The notes under the pieces were generated by a model. The model had not been told where the DNA came from. It saw only the letters and a program-made list of their open reading frames with translations, and searched no databases. Made by a program: the position numbers and the translations under genes. From the human T2T-CHM13v2.0 reference genome, Homo sapiens, in the NCBI RefSeq assembly GCF_009914755.1, contig NC_060926.1: a stretch of DNA of 64,000 bases; one strand, written 5' to 3'. The first letter of the stretch is position 1. Each line of letters opens with the position of its first letter. Below, piece by piece: positions 16,066-31,387 of this stretch.

Positions 16066-18229
16066 GGATAGAGGAAGCATTTTGGGATATGGATATGTTC
16101 ATGACCTTGATTGTGGTGATGATTTAATGGGTGCAAAAATTATCTAATTGTACATTTTAAATATATGCAGTTTATTGTATGTCCATTATACCTCAATAAA
16201 ATTGTTTTTTAAAAAACAACAACAACAACAATTCCCTCAATTTCACCAATTACGATGAATTGGGGTTTACAGGTTCCTCTTCCAAAATTGGAGAGCAGGT
16301 TAAATTCATCCGCCATTCACACCCCTCACTGAATTCCTCTGGTTGTCTCCTAATACCTGCTTTTTAACAATTCCCAGGTGAGCTAAGCCTAGGTAGAGTG
16401 AATGGACATGTAACTGGGTGAAAAGAAGGGAGAAAAAAATATGAGTGTTGGGGTCCTTTGGGGGTGAGCCAGACTTGGTAAGGAGCAACCAAAAGGGGCA
16501 CAGCCAGAGGATGATAGGGCAAGAACCCTGGAGGCTGGATGACCCTGGAGAAGGGGCCCTTCGAGAGTTAAAAGGAGAGCCCAGGACAACAGAGGGAATG
16601 ACCTTGCATGCAAAGGCAGCCCACCTTGCTGGTTACAAATACCTCTTTGGGTAGCTTCGTCCTACTCCAAAGCCCATTCCCTCCAAACTTCTGCCTGGAC
16701 AAGCAAAGAGATAACGGCTCAAGAGCATGTACTGCAGTCACTCCCCATTGAAAGCAACGCTGAAACCTCATTAACATTAAACAGATAACACCACATGCAG
16801 CATAAGATGACAAAGAGCATTTTTGAATTTATTTTTGCAGACTGCCGAGGCTGGATTCAAAGAGTGGACACCCTGTCCAGTCCACAGTCCACAGGCCTCT
16901 CCCTCCTTACAAGCTGTTGCATGCCCACTCCCAGCTATCCTCCAACTCCCCCAAATGTTAAGTGATTGCTGGGAAAGAGATTGGAGCAAATGGATAAACG
17001 CAGGTCCCTGAGGCATGTCCTGGGCTTTTCAACAAATTCAACTGCAGTAGATTTTTATCTCTACCACTTCGACCTGTTTTCCAAACTTTCTGGTACACTC
17101 ACCAACGCTGGCAAAAAAGAAAAGAAAAGAAACTAGAACAGATTAAAGTACATTCAGTTGTACACTGGAACAAAAAATATTTTGGTTGTGCTGCAACAGG
17201 CTGACTCCCATCACAGCCCTCTCTGAGGACAGCCTAATACCTGGGCCTGGTTAACCATCAAAGGCACCTGAACCTTCTACTTCTTAGTTGAAAAATGCAA
17301 CTCCACAGCCAGGTCTGGCAATCTGTGGCTCCAACACACTTCTTGCATGCTTGTGGCCTCCTGCTGCAAAACATGTTTTTTATGGAAGAAGAAACTAGGT
17401 TAACTTGCACTCGGGTCCATTGAAAATCACCCCATGTTAAGTGCTTTATTAACAACAAAGACAACAGCATATTGGTAAAAGAGCTTGGGTGTGACTTTTC
17501 CTCACCTAGATTGTAATTCGACATGGCAATTATTTCAAGAGGGTGTGCCCAGCTTGTATTCATTTGCTGTGTGGCCTGCCTCCTAGATTGCAAAACCATA
17601 AAATGACACATCTCACTCCTGGGCTGTAAATAGCACGACCATGTGTAAGGATTATGTAACAACAAGTATCCGGGGACCTGGCACCCAAAGGAAAGGACTG
17701 TTTCAGGTCAAGAAAAATACGGTCTCTTTCCAGAACACTGGATTTAAGTCTGAGAAGCAGCAGGTCTCAGCCCACATCAGAACTGGGCAGGTGCTCCCAT
17801 TTCCCCACATATTCAATTAAAGCCAGAAAGCAAGCCCAGTGTTCTTATGGAGGGCTCCTCAGAACCCTCCTCGATGCCCCACCTGAGCCCAAGCATGTCA
17901 GGAGGTTCCACTGCGTCTGTGTCTGGGACTCTCCTGGGCTCCATGCAATTAAGAGCCATTTTTACTGTAAGAGGAGCCAGACCAACCAAGGGAAGAGGCA
18001 GGGCTAGGAGTGGTGGTGAGGGCACAGTGGTGAAAAAGGCAACACACAAAGATCTATTAATTAGCATGTGACTTTACAGGCAGGGGAGGGGAAGACAGCT
18101 GCAAAGAAAGGTACTGATGTAAAGGAAGAATCTTAGACCCTTGGAAAGATAAATGCTGACCAATGGCTTCATCGCCTTTCTGCTTTATCTGCTCTGGTGA
18201 AATTCCTCAAAGCCTGCTCCAGTTCCTAA

Positions 18230-18308
18230 ACACAGACACAGACACACACACAGACACACACACACACACACACACACACTCTCTCTCTCTCTCTCTCTCT
18301 CCCTCTCT
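18230..18308. repeat. (CA)n(CT)n compound microsatellite
   Basis: Read directly from the sequence. Confidence 0.95.
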
Positions 18309-18431
18309 CCACCTCCCACTTTCTCCAGCACACCCACAGTAAATCAAAGCAAAACAGTTTAGAAAGATCCAGGGAAACAGCCACCACAAAATGTGTTAGG
18401 AAATAACAGGGAGAGAATTTTATTTTATATG

Positions 18432-18434
<3 letters not shown>

Positions 18435-18473
<39 letters not shown>
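18435..18473. repeat. (TA)n microsatellite
   Basis: Read directly from the sequence. Confidence 0.95.
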
Positions 18474-18479
<6 letters not shown>

Positions 18480-19249
18480 ATACCTCTGAATTGTATTCAA
18501 ACTGTACAGAAAACTATAAAGTTAAAGGAAAGTAAAAGCCTCCTTCCCTCCACCTACTTCTAATGCAGGTAACAGTCCACAAATCTTATCATTGTACATT
18601 AGCATATACATGCTTTTACACAAATGGGATAACATTATACATACCCATTTAGCAATAGATCATAACCGTCTTTCTAAGTCACTATCTATAAATCCTATCT
18701 CATTATTTTTCAAGGTATATAGCATTCATTAGTGAAGCTACTTAAGATGTACTTAACCAGTACTTTCATTGGGTAGTTTTATTTCTATACTTTTGCCTTT
18801 CATAACCATAACTTTGTTTAGCAGTGTGAGAATGGTGCCCACTGACCATAGGCTAGATTGACAGCAAAACTGCTGGATGAGTTGACTTAATTTAGTTGCA
18901 ATATGTAGGCTATTCTACCTTAAAAAGAGCTAGTCAGTGCAACCTAAATGACTGCCACAGAAGCCAAGGAGCTGTTTTGATCACAAGGAATACCATTTGG
19001 GGGCAGCCACATCCCATGGGCTCAGCCAAGAGAAAAATGTAAATCTTTACTAGACACTGCCACAGTCCATTCGGGCAGAGATTTTCCAAAGCTTAATAAC
19101 CTCATAGGTTTCTGTACCTTCAGTCAGCTTTATATATTAAATAATGCATCAAGAAAATGAATAAGCCTTCAGTTGGGAAAGTGTAACTATCAATGGGCAA
19201 CAGAGATGATATCATTATTTGACAGGAAGACAGTCAAGAAGTCTCATAG

Positions 19250-19567
19250 GGCCGGGCGCCGTGGCTCACACCTGTAATCCCAGCACTTTGGGAGGTTGAG
19301 GCGGGCAGATTGCCTGAGGTCAGGAGTTCAAGACCAGCCTGGCCAACACGGTGAAACACTGTCTCTACTAAAAATACAAAAAGTAGCCGGGCATGGTGGT
19401 GTGCACCTGTAATCCCAGCTACTCGCGGGGGGCGTGGTATGGGGGAGCTGGGCTGAGGCAGGAGAGTCGCTTGAACCCAGGAGGCAGGGGTTGCAGTGAG
19501 CCAAGATCGCACCACTGCCCTCCAGCCCAAGTGATAAAGCAGGACTCCGTCTCAAAAAAAAAAAAAA
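19250..19567 (+). mobile_element. Alu (AluSx-like) with G-rich insertion
   Basis: Alu dimer; non-Alu segment at 19426-19450. Confidence 0.92.
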
Positions 19568-20095
19568 TGGGACAGTAGGATGTCATTTCCTCACTGAGCC
19601 TTGGCAGTGCATTAAGTTCCACTTGCAACAATCTGCGTGTTTCACTCGGACTACAATTTCTTGAAACTCTACCTTCCATTCTATCCCATGCATCTTGCCT
19701 TCTATTCCAAATCTGTTGGTTCTGTCTGGGTATCTGCCCAGCCTCTTCAACTAGAGCCTTTATTTGAAATACATCCCTTGCGCTTAGCCCCATATTCACA
19801 CAATATTACATTATTCTAGATTTGCTTTGATTCCACATTCTGCTACCTGCCTTCCCAAATTTCTGCCTGTACCCAGTGCTTAAGGCTACTACTCATCTGG
19901 GGATGACATTCAGAAATCACCATCTACCACCATCAAAGGACAGGAGGTTCTGGCCAAATGACATGAATAACTTTATACTGGAGAGGAAAGCACCGAGTTA
20001 TCATACCTTGAGGACAACGGTAGTTGGTGTGGTATAGGTAACGTATTTAGAGCAACATCTGGAGTACAGGGAGTGCTCCATAAGTGTCAGTTGTC

Positions 20096-22364
20096 GGGAA
20101 GCCCATCAGACTAACAGCGGATCTCTCAGCAGAAACTCTACAAGCCAGAAGAGAGTGGGGGCCAATATTCAACATTCTTAAAGAAAAGAATTTTCAACCC
20201 AGAATTTCATATCCAGCCAAACTAAGCTTCATAAGTGAAGGTGAAATAAAATCCTTTACAGACAAGCAAAGGCTGAGAGCTTTTGTCACCACCAGGCCTG
20301 CCTTACAAGAGCTCCTGAAGGAAGCACTAAGCATGGAAAGGAACGACTGGTACCAGCCTCTGCAAAAACACGCCAAATTGTAAAGACCAAGGATGCTAGG
20401 AAGGAACTGCATCAACTAACGGGCAAAATAACCAGCTAACATCATAATGACAGGACCAAATTCACATATAACAATATTAACCTTAAATGTAAATGGGCTA
20501 GATGCCCCAACTAAAAGACACAGACTGGCAAACTGGATAAAGAGTCATGACCCATCAGGGTGCTGTATTCAGGAGACTCATCTCACTTGCAGAGACACAC
20601 ATAGGCTCAAAATAAAGGGATGGAGGAAGATCTACAAAGCAAATGGAAACCAACAAAAAGCAGGGGTTGCAACCCTAGTCTCTGATAAAACAGACTTTAA
20701 ACCAACAAAGATCAAAAGAGACAAAGAAGGCTATTACATAATGGTAAAGGGATCTATTCAACAAGAAGAACTAACTATCCTAAATATATATGCACCCAAT
20801 ACAGGAGCACCCAGATTCATAAAGCAAGTCCTTAGAGACCTACAAAGAGACTTAGACTCCCACACAACAATAATGGGAGATTTTAACACCCCACTGTCGA
20901 TATTAGACAGATCAACGAGACAGAAAATTAACAAGGATATCTAGGACTTGAACTCAGCTTTGCAGCAAGCTGACCTAATAGACATCTACAGAACTCTCCA
21001 CCCCAAATCAACAGAATATACATTCTTCTCAGCACCACATTGCACTTATTCCAAAATTGACCACATAGTTGGACGTAAAGCACTCCTTAGCAAATGTGAA
21101 AGAACAGAAATTATAACAAACTGTCTCTCAGACCACAGTGTAATCAAACTAGAACTCAGGATTAAGAAACTCACTCAAAACTGCACAACTACATGGAAAC
21201 TGAACAACCTGCTCCTGAATGACTCCTGGGTAAATAATGAAATGAAGGCAGATATAAATATATTATTTGAAACCAATGAGGACAAAGACACAAGGTTCCA
21301 GAATCTCTGGGACACATTTAAAGCAGTGAGTAGAGGGAAATTTATAGCACTAAATGCCCACAAAAGAAAGCAGGAAAGATCTAAAATCGATACCCTAACA
21401 TCACAATTAAAAGAACTAGAGAAACAAAAGCAAACAAATTCAAAAGCTAGCAGAAGGCAAGAAATCACTTAAAATCAGAGCAGAATTGAAGGAGATAGAG
21501 AAACAAAAAAACCCTTCAAAAAATCAATGAATCCAGGAACTGGTTTTTTGAAAAGATCAACAAAATTGATAGACCACTAGTAAGACTAATAAAGAAGAAA
21601 AGAGAGAAGAATCAAATAGATGCAATAAAAAATGATAAAGGGGATATCACCACCGATCCCACAGAAATACAAACTACCATCAGAGAATACTATAAACACC
21701 TCTATGCAAATAAACTAGAAAATCTAGAAGAAATGAATAAATTCCTGGACACATACACCCTCCCAAGACTAAACCAGGAAGAAACTGAATCTCTGAATAG
21801 ACCACTAACAGGCTCTGAAATTGAGGCAATCATTAATAGCTTACCAACTGAAAAAAGTCCAGAACCAGATAGATTCACAGCCGAATTCTACCAGAGGTAC
21901 AAAGAGGAGCTGGTACCATTCCTTCTGAAACTATACCAATCAACAGAAAAAGAAGGAATCCTCCCTAACTCGTTTTATGAGGCCAGCATCATCCTGAAAC
22001 CAAAACCTGGCACAGACACAACAAAAAAAGAGAATTTTAGACCAATATCTCTGATGAATATCGATGCAAAAATTCTCAATAAAATACTGGCAAACCGAAT
22101 CCAGCAGCACATCAAAAAGGTTATCCACCACGATCAAGTCAGCTTCATCCCTGGGATGCAAGCCTGGTTCAGCATACTCAAATCAATAAACATAATCTAT
22201 CACATAAACAGAACCATCAGCAAAAACCACATGATTATCTCAACAGATGCAGAAAAGGCCTTTGACAAAATTCAACAGCACTTCATGCTAAAAACTCTCA
22301 ATAAACTAGGTATTGATGGAACATATCTCAAAATAATAAGAGCTATTTATGACAAACCCATAGC
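20096..22364 (+). mobile_element. Internal L1PA fragment (ORF1 C-terminus, ORF2 endonuclease to early RT), truncated at both ends
   Basis: ORF track 20084-22368 gives L1 ORF1/ORF2 peptides. In-frame TAG at 20942. No 3' UTR or poly(A). Confidence 0.93.
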
Positions 22365-22626
22365 TTAATTACTAATCAAAGCTTCCTGATTTAATGTGAG
22401 ACACATCATTTTGAATAAAATTAACTGATGAATGGACACATCGGGTAGAATTTGAGCTTCTGTTAAAGCATGCCCTGTGTATGACAATAGCCTAGATGTC
22501 TTTGAAATAACAATCACACATTGGAGTTTTCATAAGAGGGAAATAAGCTGGATGCTATCTTACATTTTTTTCTACAAAGTTCTATGTCTACAAGCTTATT
22601 CCTGTTAACATTTAAAATAAAAGATA

Positions 22627-22964
<338 letters not shown>

Positions 22965-24096
22965 GGTAAACAAAGTTATTCAATTATCTGCCCTAAATTC
23001 ACTGAACCTTGTAGCTTTCCTTCTCCACTTTATAGTAAACAGCATTGACACCAAGTAAGAAGTGCATTTCTGTTTGGGCACTACTGAGAAAAGTCACTTA
23101 ACCTCTTGGGTCTCTCACTCACTCTTTTTTAAAATAAATAGTTTATTTATCTCAAAAGACTGCCTTGAGAAGCCAGCAAGTGCTTATAGGAGGTGCCTTG
23201 ACTGTACGACAGGGAGGTATCTCTGATGATCTCAGACACTCTAAGAAAAACCAAAGTCAATACTGAGTAGGTCACTGGAGGCTTGACTTGGTATTAACCC
23301 CTGGTGTTTCAAAATGTATATGTCATCGACTGTGATTTTTTAAAGATAAAAGCTTTGAGGCAGCTTTATGGTTTCAGTTTCCTTTCAGGCCCTGTTTTAT
23401 GCAAGATGTGAAAAAAACAAACAAACAAAAAAAAAAAAACAAAAAAAACTAATGGAAAGAGCCCATTTCTGTCAGTAAATTATCCTGCACATGCCTGCCA
23501 ATTAATATGTGGCCTTCCAGAAATTTTGACCATCACAAGCACAATACGCAGGAAATGCAGAGGTGCAGCAATGCGTTGCTGTGACAGCAAGGTTCTGGAT
23601 ATGGAGAAAGTTGGCCAGCATCTGCCCTTTTCCTCCAGGCACTGCTTTCTCCTGGAGGGCCCCAACTTGTTGTCCATCCTTCCTATTTCACTGAACTGTC
23701 AGGACTCACAAGGTACGTTACCCTTGGCCTTCATATATCTTTCTGGGGCTCCAGGGCAGTGAGGTCAATGAGGACAAACTCTAAAGAAGAGTAAAACAAG
23801 GAGGCCTGGTCATCACAACCTAGAATATAAATGCCCAGAAAACAGAGTAGAATTCAGTTACAAAAAGCTCCCCAGTCTCCTGTTCTTTCCTTTACCTTCC
23901 ACGGCCAAGCAGCTTCGAGGGAGGCTCCACCAGGCATCAGCCTCTTCCAGGTTTACATCCCTCAGGATGATATTGAGTGGTTGTGACTGGCCCACAGTTT
24001 CAGTGCATCTACTTTATGCAGGTGTGAAAACTGATCAGTACGAAGCTGTCAGCTATTTTTTTATTGAGCAATTTGGAGGTTAAGAAAAGTGATAGA

Positions 24097-24403
<307 letters not shown>

Positions 24404-24404
24404 T

Positions 24405-25122
24405 TAATAACAAGTGTTGGCAAAGATGTAGAGGAACTGGAACTCTTGTACCTTGCTGGTGAAAATGTAAAATGGTACAGATACTGTGGGAAACAGTACC
24501 GCAGTTCCTTAAAAAATTTAACAAATTAAATAACTTAAATAAATTAAATAATTAATAACTCATTAAATAAATTACTCTATGATCCAACAATTCCACTTCT
24601 AGGTATATGCCCAAAAGAACTGAAAACAGGGACTCAAGCAGATATTTGTACACCCGTGTTTGCAACAGCATTACTCACAAGAGCCAAAACATAGAAGCAA
24701 CCCGAGTGTCCATCAATGGATGAGTGAGTAAACCGAATGTGGCATATACACACTATGGAATATTATTCCGCTTGAAAAAGGAAGGAAATGCTGACGGCTG
24801 CTGCAGTGTGAATGAACTTTGGAAACATTACGCTAAGTGAAGCAAGCTAGCTATGAAAGGACAAATACTGCATGATTCCACTTACAGTACGTACCTAAAG
24901 TAGCCAAATTCATAGAGAAAGAAAGTAGAAAGTTGCCAGGAGCTGGGGAGTTATTGTCTAGTGGGCACAGAGTTTTAGTTTGAGAAGATAAAAAAGTTCT
25001 GGAGATGCATGATGGTGATTGTTGCCAAAAAATATGAACGTACTCAATGCCACCAAACTGTACCACTTAACTGAAAAATGATTACAAGAGGAAATTTTTG
25101 TTATATATATTTTAAATTTAAA
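24405..25122 (+). mobile_element. Old L1M (L1MB-like) 3' fragment
   Basis: AACAAGTGTTGGCAAAGATGT...CAATTCCACTTCTAGGTATATGCCCAAAAGAA...GAACGTACTCAATGCCAC, typical of an L1M 3' end. Confidence 0.8.
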
Positions 25123-25471
25123 AAGAAAGGTGATCCTTGTCTAGGGCAGTCCCAGTTTATATTTTTGGCCTGGAATACTTAATATTAGCAGCCCCTCTCC
25201 TCTTACTTAAGAACTTAAGTGACTATGTCCCAAACTGGACAACAGATAGTATAATCACTCTAAGATTAAATAACTATTCAGTATCATCTCATTAGAATAT
25301 GGCAGAGGTATGCTTCTTATCCTCAAATCTGTCTGATTCCAGAGCCCATGTTCTTCACCACCACACATCCTGCAGAATTGCTAATGATGCTGCTCGCTGG
25401 CCTACATCAGGTTTGCCACTATTTATTGTGTCAACTCTGCTGACTTACATGGAGCACTGAGGTGCTACCTA

Positions 25472-25825
<354 letters not shown>

Positions 25826-27427
25826 TTAATGCTAATCAAAAGAAATGCTTATATATTTTTTAAAAAGGAGAACGGGGATGAGCAAAGAATAGAAACATCA
25901 CAGACCGATGAACAGAACATCTTCTGGTATAATCCATGGGTTTTAGTAATCGAATGGTGCAATAGCATCAGGGCCAAAAGCAGGTGGATACAAAACCAAC
26001 ACCAAAACCAGTCACTCCATGACTCAGTTGACACAGGGTGAGTAATGATCAGCAAACATAGACCGGAGTGTCTACTCGAGGCAGGAAGCCAATAACCGCT
26101 TGGGAACTTTGTCTTTGACCAAAGAGGTTCCACTGACGCTCTTTCTAAACTCACTGGAGAGCCTGGAGTAATGTTTCTAGTCATGCAGGTTTCTGGGTCA
26201 CACCGACCTGAGCTGGGATCCCAATGCTCCCAGTCACTTCCTCCAACACTTTGTACCAGTGACAAAGTCTCTAATCATCTGAGTCAAAATGCCTCTTTCA
26301 TAGGGTTACCGTGAGGATTCAGTATTTGTCTGGAGAACATGAAGCATGTTGCTTAGCATACAGGGTAATATTCTATAAATATTATTACCTAGAAAATAGA
26401 GTGCAAGAACCCTTGATTCTCAGATCCTAGTAAGCTTGTTTATTCTCTCCCTCCACCCTGCCCCAAATCCTCTAAACCCAAATAGTCACTAGCAAAGTAA
26501 AAGAAAGAATAAATGCATTCAAGAATCCAGATAATCTGGACCTCAAAGAAAGAAGCCTTCGGAGGATCCCAAAATTATCTAGAAAATCGCTTCCCTTTTC
26601 CAGTTATTTTGCTCCTCCGTGGTTGGGGTAAAACTTGCAGTCCTATCTCCAAATGTAGCCAATGTTCACCCACTTCTGGAAAAATCAGATGGCCCCGAAA
26701 GAGTGGGCTTTGTCCAATTCTTGGGGACATATTGAGACACAGTAATGCAGAGCCAGACTGGAGTATCTCAGTTTCTGAGTGCTTAAGCATTATGTGGCTG
26801 GTCCACGATCAGTTCAACCCCCCTTTCCCTGTTTCTCCCACCCAATATTCCAATCAACTCTGTTTTGTTGTCCCTTTTTGTATTAGGGATATGATAGGCT
26901 AAGTGTATGACCCAGACATTGGAGACAGCCCCTGGGGGAAGGTCTGTTCCTATCTTAAACATTTTTAAGGAAGTGTTTACAATGTCTGGCAATACCCTAG
27001 CAGGTAGTCTTCATGTACTGGGGGCAAATAAATTATAAATGAGGATCATTTATGTGTCTGCCTCTGTAGTTTTAATTTTTTGCTTTTATTTTTAGTTGAC
27101 ATGTAGTAATTGTATGTATTTATGAAGTATTGCCTCTGTAGTTTTAAAAAAATAAAATTTAGCTGCTCCCAGGGGGTTTGGCCAAGTGTGGTTTTCAGAG
27201 ATCACTCCAGCCACACAAGCATCTGGTGACCATGTGGTTCCTGCTGATGAGTGACAGGCAGGCAGACACATGTCATGAGAGGTATATGCATTTGTCAGCA
27301 TACAATTACTTAATAGCCTTAAAGGATAAGCGTAGAATTTCTGTCACTCATTATGCCAAATAAACATCACCAGTTTTTGAACCAAAACAGTACTTGAAAG
27401 AGTTTATGAGAATGATCTGATAGTTAG

Positions 27428-27785
27428 TGTATTAGTCTATTTTCATGCTGCTGATAAAGACATACCCCAGACTGAGAAATTTACAAAAGAAAGAGGTTTA
27501 ATTGGACTTACAGTTCCACGTGGCTGGGGAAGCCTCACAATCATGGCAGAAGGCAAGGAGGAGCAAGTCACATCTTACATGGATGGCAGCAGGCAAAGAG
27601 AGAGAACTTGTGCAGGAAAACTCCTCTTTTTAAAAACCATCAGATCTCATGACACTTATTCACTATCAAGAGAACAGCATGGGAAAGACTTGCCCCCATG
27701 ATTGAATTACCTCCCCCCATGTCCATCCCACAACATGTGGGAATTCAAGGTGAGATTTGAGTGGGGACACAGCCAAACCATATCA
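27428..27785 (-). mobile_element. THE1 (MaLR) solo LTR
   Basis: TGTATTAGTC...CAGCCAAACCATATCA flanked by 5-bp TSD GTTAG. Confidence 0.9.
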
Positions 27786-27821
27786 GTTAGCATACATCTC
27801 CTTAACCAAAAATGTAAGAGC

Positions 27822-27992
27822 AGCCAGTCACAATGGCTCATGCCTGCAATCCAATGCTTTGGGAGGCCAAGGCAGAAGAATTGCTGGAGCCCAGGAGGTC
27901 GAGGCTATCATGAGCTATGATTGCACCTCTGTACTGAAGCCTGGGCAACAGAATAAGACCTTGTCACCAAAAAAAAAAAAAAAAAAAAAAAA
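27822..27992 (+). mobile_element. Alu monomer or deleted Alu
   Basis: GGCTCATGCCTGCAATCC...GCCTGGGCAACAGA...poly-A. Confidence 0.75.
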
Positions 27993-29994
27993 TTAAGGCT
28001 TTTTTAGGAGAGTCAAAATGTGAAAGCTATGTACAAACTCCTAAAGGAACTGCCAAACCATAGAAAGAGGCACTAAAACAGGTCAGAGAACACTAAACAA
28101 AGTGAAGAAGGGATGGAACAGAGTAGAATGAAATATTTTGGAGGTAATAAAACAGAAGCCCAGGAAATAAGTCTTAACAAGCTGCAATCACCATGGAAAA
28201 GCATAACTTGGGAAAAATGTGTGTTGTGCCTGGAAACACTTTCTGAAACGTGGTCACCATCCTCAGACCAAATGTAGCTGTCATCCCACTGATATGAAAA
28301 TCCCTTTCGTACTCATTGGCACCAACAAGACACAGAGACAGGCTTATGAGCAGACTTTGCTTATACATTTTGAAATCTATATTGAATCACAAACAATATC
28401 TGTTCCTTTCTCTCCATTTCAATCCTGATACTCATTATATATCTCTGGAGCCATAAAGCCAGATTCAAATCCTGCATCCAAACTCAACAGCTGTGTGCCC
28501 TTGGATAAGTTGCTTAAAATGGAAATAATAATGGTGCCTGCTTCAGTGAGTTGTTGTTAAAGAGGACACAGTTAACATATGCAAAGTGGTTAGAACAGTG
28601 CCTGGCACTATTTTCATTATTATTAATATCTTAGAGAATAAGTTCACTCAGTATTACAATTATTAAATAATAAGTTGTATCCATATTTCATTAACAATTA
28701 TTAAGCTCCCTAGAGCAGAGCACGTTATGTAAAGCACAACTACTTTAATGAAAATGAACATAAGGATAATGATTTAGGAACATTGAGGCTGTTTACTACT
28801 TCTTAGGCAAACATAATGTACTTTATGGCATCATTCAAAGACAAGAGCAATAATTTTTCCACTACTTAGAGGTTTGCAAATGCATCATTTCTTCTGCTGA
28901 AGGTCTGTTTTCCATCAGCTCCAGAAGCCTTATGTAAATGAAGGTGGATTCTGTCTATGAGATTTAAATAATGTTGTTTTGTATTTTTTTGACACCAAAT
29001 GACTTTAAGCTAATGCCTTTGTTTCATTATTTGCTCTTCTATATATATTTTTTTCCTGACTTTTTTTCAGTTTGGAACACTGTAAATTTAGCCTTAATTA
29101 TTTGTGGTCCTTCCTCTACCAGCTTCAGATTCCAAGGAGAATGCAGATTGTACATACACTGTCTTGAATTTATTTGTTATCATTCAGAGAATTCCAAATA
29201 TGGACATTCCTAGGTCTTTTGTGCTATTTCTACTCAAGGAAAAACATTATGTTCCATTTTTCTTAATACCTTTCTTGAGCTTCTAAATTGTATCATACAA
29301 AAAATATCTAGGGTTCCTTGTTCCTTAGTAAGTGAAATTTGGTTTTCTTCCAAAACCAGAATACTTTTTTTTTAATTAAAATCTGTACCAATTTTATCCT
29401 GTGTGGAAAAGAAAATAAGCAATAGTAGTAAATATGGAACTCATTCAAAGTTAAAACAATCCCCGTCTAGCTTCCCTCTTTCACCTTCTAAATCAATGGT
29501 GAGTTCATTTTTCAATTATCTTGGACAAAACAACAATAATCATAACTAGTAGTAGTCCTTGCTATAAACGTCTTTACATATCAATAGCTCATAGGCATAT
29601 TTTATTTTATTTTAAGCTATCTCCTACTGGAAAGAAAACATATTTATTTAGCTGGCATATTTTTTAATTGAGTTATTTGAAAATCTGGACATTTTATATG
29701 AAAATCTGGATTTTCAGCTTCTTTTGAAAAATTAAAAATTCCAGTATTTGTGGGTCCACATTCTCAACATGGCGAGTGGGTTCACATTCTCAACATGGCA
29801 AGCAGCTATCTAGAGCTTAACAGCTGCTCCCATTAAAAGCAGTATGAGTTTCCAATGCCATTCAATATGTGGGGTGAAGGGCAGGGGGTACCCACTTCCC
29901 TCACTGATGTTATTGCCTAGTTCCTGGAGAGATCTGAGATTGCAACCTCTGTTCTCCACCTTGAAGTGTTTTTCCTAGTTTCCCAAGAATGAAG

Positions 29995-30337
29995 TGATAT
30001 AGTTTGGCTGTGTCCCCACAAATCTCACTTTGAATTTTAATTATCCCTACATGTTAAGGGCAGGGTCAGGTGGAGATAACTGAATCATGGGAGCAGTTTC
30101 CCCCATTCTGTTCTCGAAGTCTCACAAGATCTGATGGTTTCATACATACGAGTTCCCCTGCACAAGTTCTCTTGCCTGCCACCATGTAAGACATGACTTT
30201 GCTCCTCCTTTGCCTTCTGCCATGATTGTGAGGCCTCCCCAGCCATGAGGAACTGTGAATCAATTAAACCTCTTTGCTTTATAAATTACCCAGTCTTGGG
30301 TATGTCTTTATTAGCAGCATGAGAACAGACTAATACA
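29995..30337 (+). mobile_element. THE1 (MaLR) solo LTR
   Basis: TGATATAGTTTGGCTGTGTCCCC...ACAGACTAATACA flanked by 5-bp TSD TGAAG. Confidence 0.9.
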
Positions 30338-30698
30338 TGAAGCACTGTCACAATTCCAACATTTCAAATGCACATACTTTGATCCAACAATTCTACTGAA
30401 AAAACTACGAAAGGTCATACAAATATATATGGATGTCCACTACAATATTGCTTCCAACAGGAAAAAAAATAAATCAACGTAAATATCAATAGGAACTGGT
30501 TGAATAAGTGATGGTGAATCCGTGCAAGAGAATACTAGAGAGTTCCCTGAAGCAAAAAAGTAAATCTAAGCATATTAAAATGGAAATATGTCCAAAATAT
30601 ATTAAGTGGGAAAAAAGCAAAGTACAGAACAGTACATAATATGCGATCCAATCTGTAGGGAAAATGAATTTCAACATTTTAGAAGAAAACATAAGCAA

Positions 30699-30989
30699 CT
30701 TTTTTTTTTTTTAGATGAAGTCTTGCTCTGTCACCCAGGCCAGAGTGCAGTGGCGTGATCTTGGCTCACTGCAAACTCTGCCTCCCAGGTTCAAGCGATT
30801 CTCCTGCCTCAGCCTCCTGAGTAGCTGGAATTACAGGTAAGTGCCATCATGCCCGGCTAATTTTTGCATTTTTAGTAAAGACCGGGTTTCACCATGTTGG
30901 TCAGGCTAGTCTCAAACTCTGGATCTCGTGAGCCACCCACCTCAGCCTCCCAAAGTGCTGGGATTACAGGCGTGAGCCACCATACCCGG
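30699..30989 (-). mobile_element. Alu (AluSg-like)
   Basis: TSD AACATAAGCAACTTTT. Confidence 0.93.
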
Positions 30990-31045
30990 CAACATAAGCA
31001 ACTTTTAAAAACTACATTACTTTTATACTTTTAAAAGAAGAAAGT

Positions 31046-31387
<342 letters not shown>

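Noticed and set aside
29750-29801. 26-bp tandem duplication; similar micro-duplications at 25755, 31170 and 40242
   Set aside because: Ordinary slippage duplications inside repeats; not CRISPR-like (no spacers, eukaryotic DNA).
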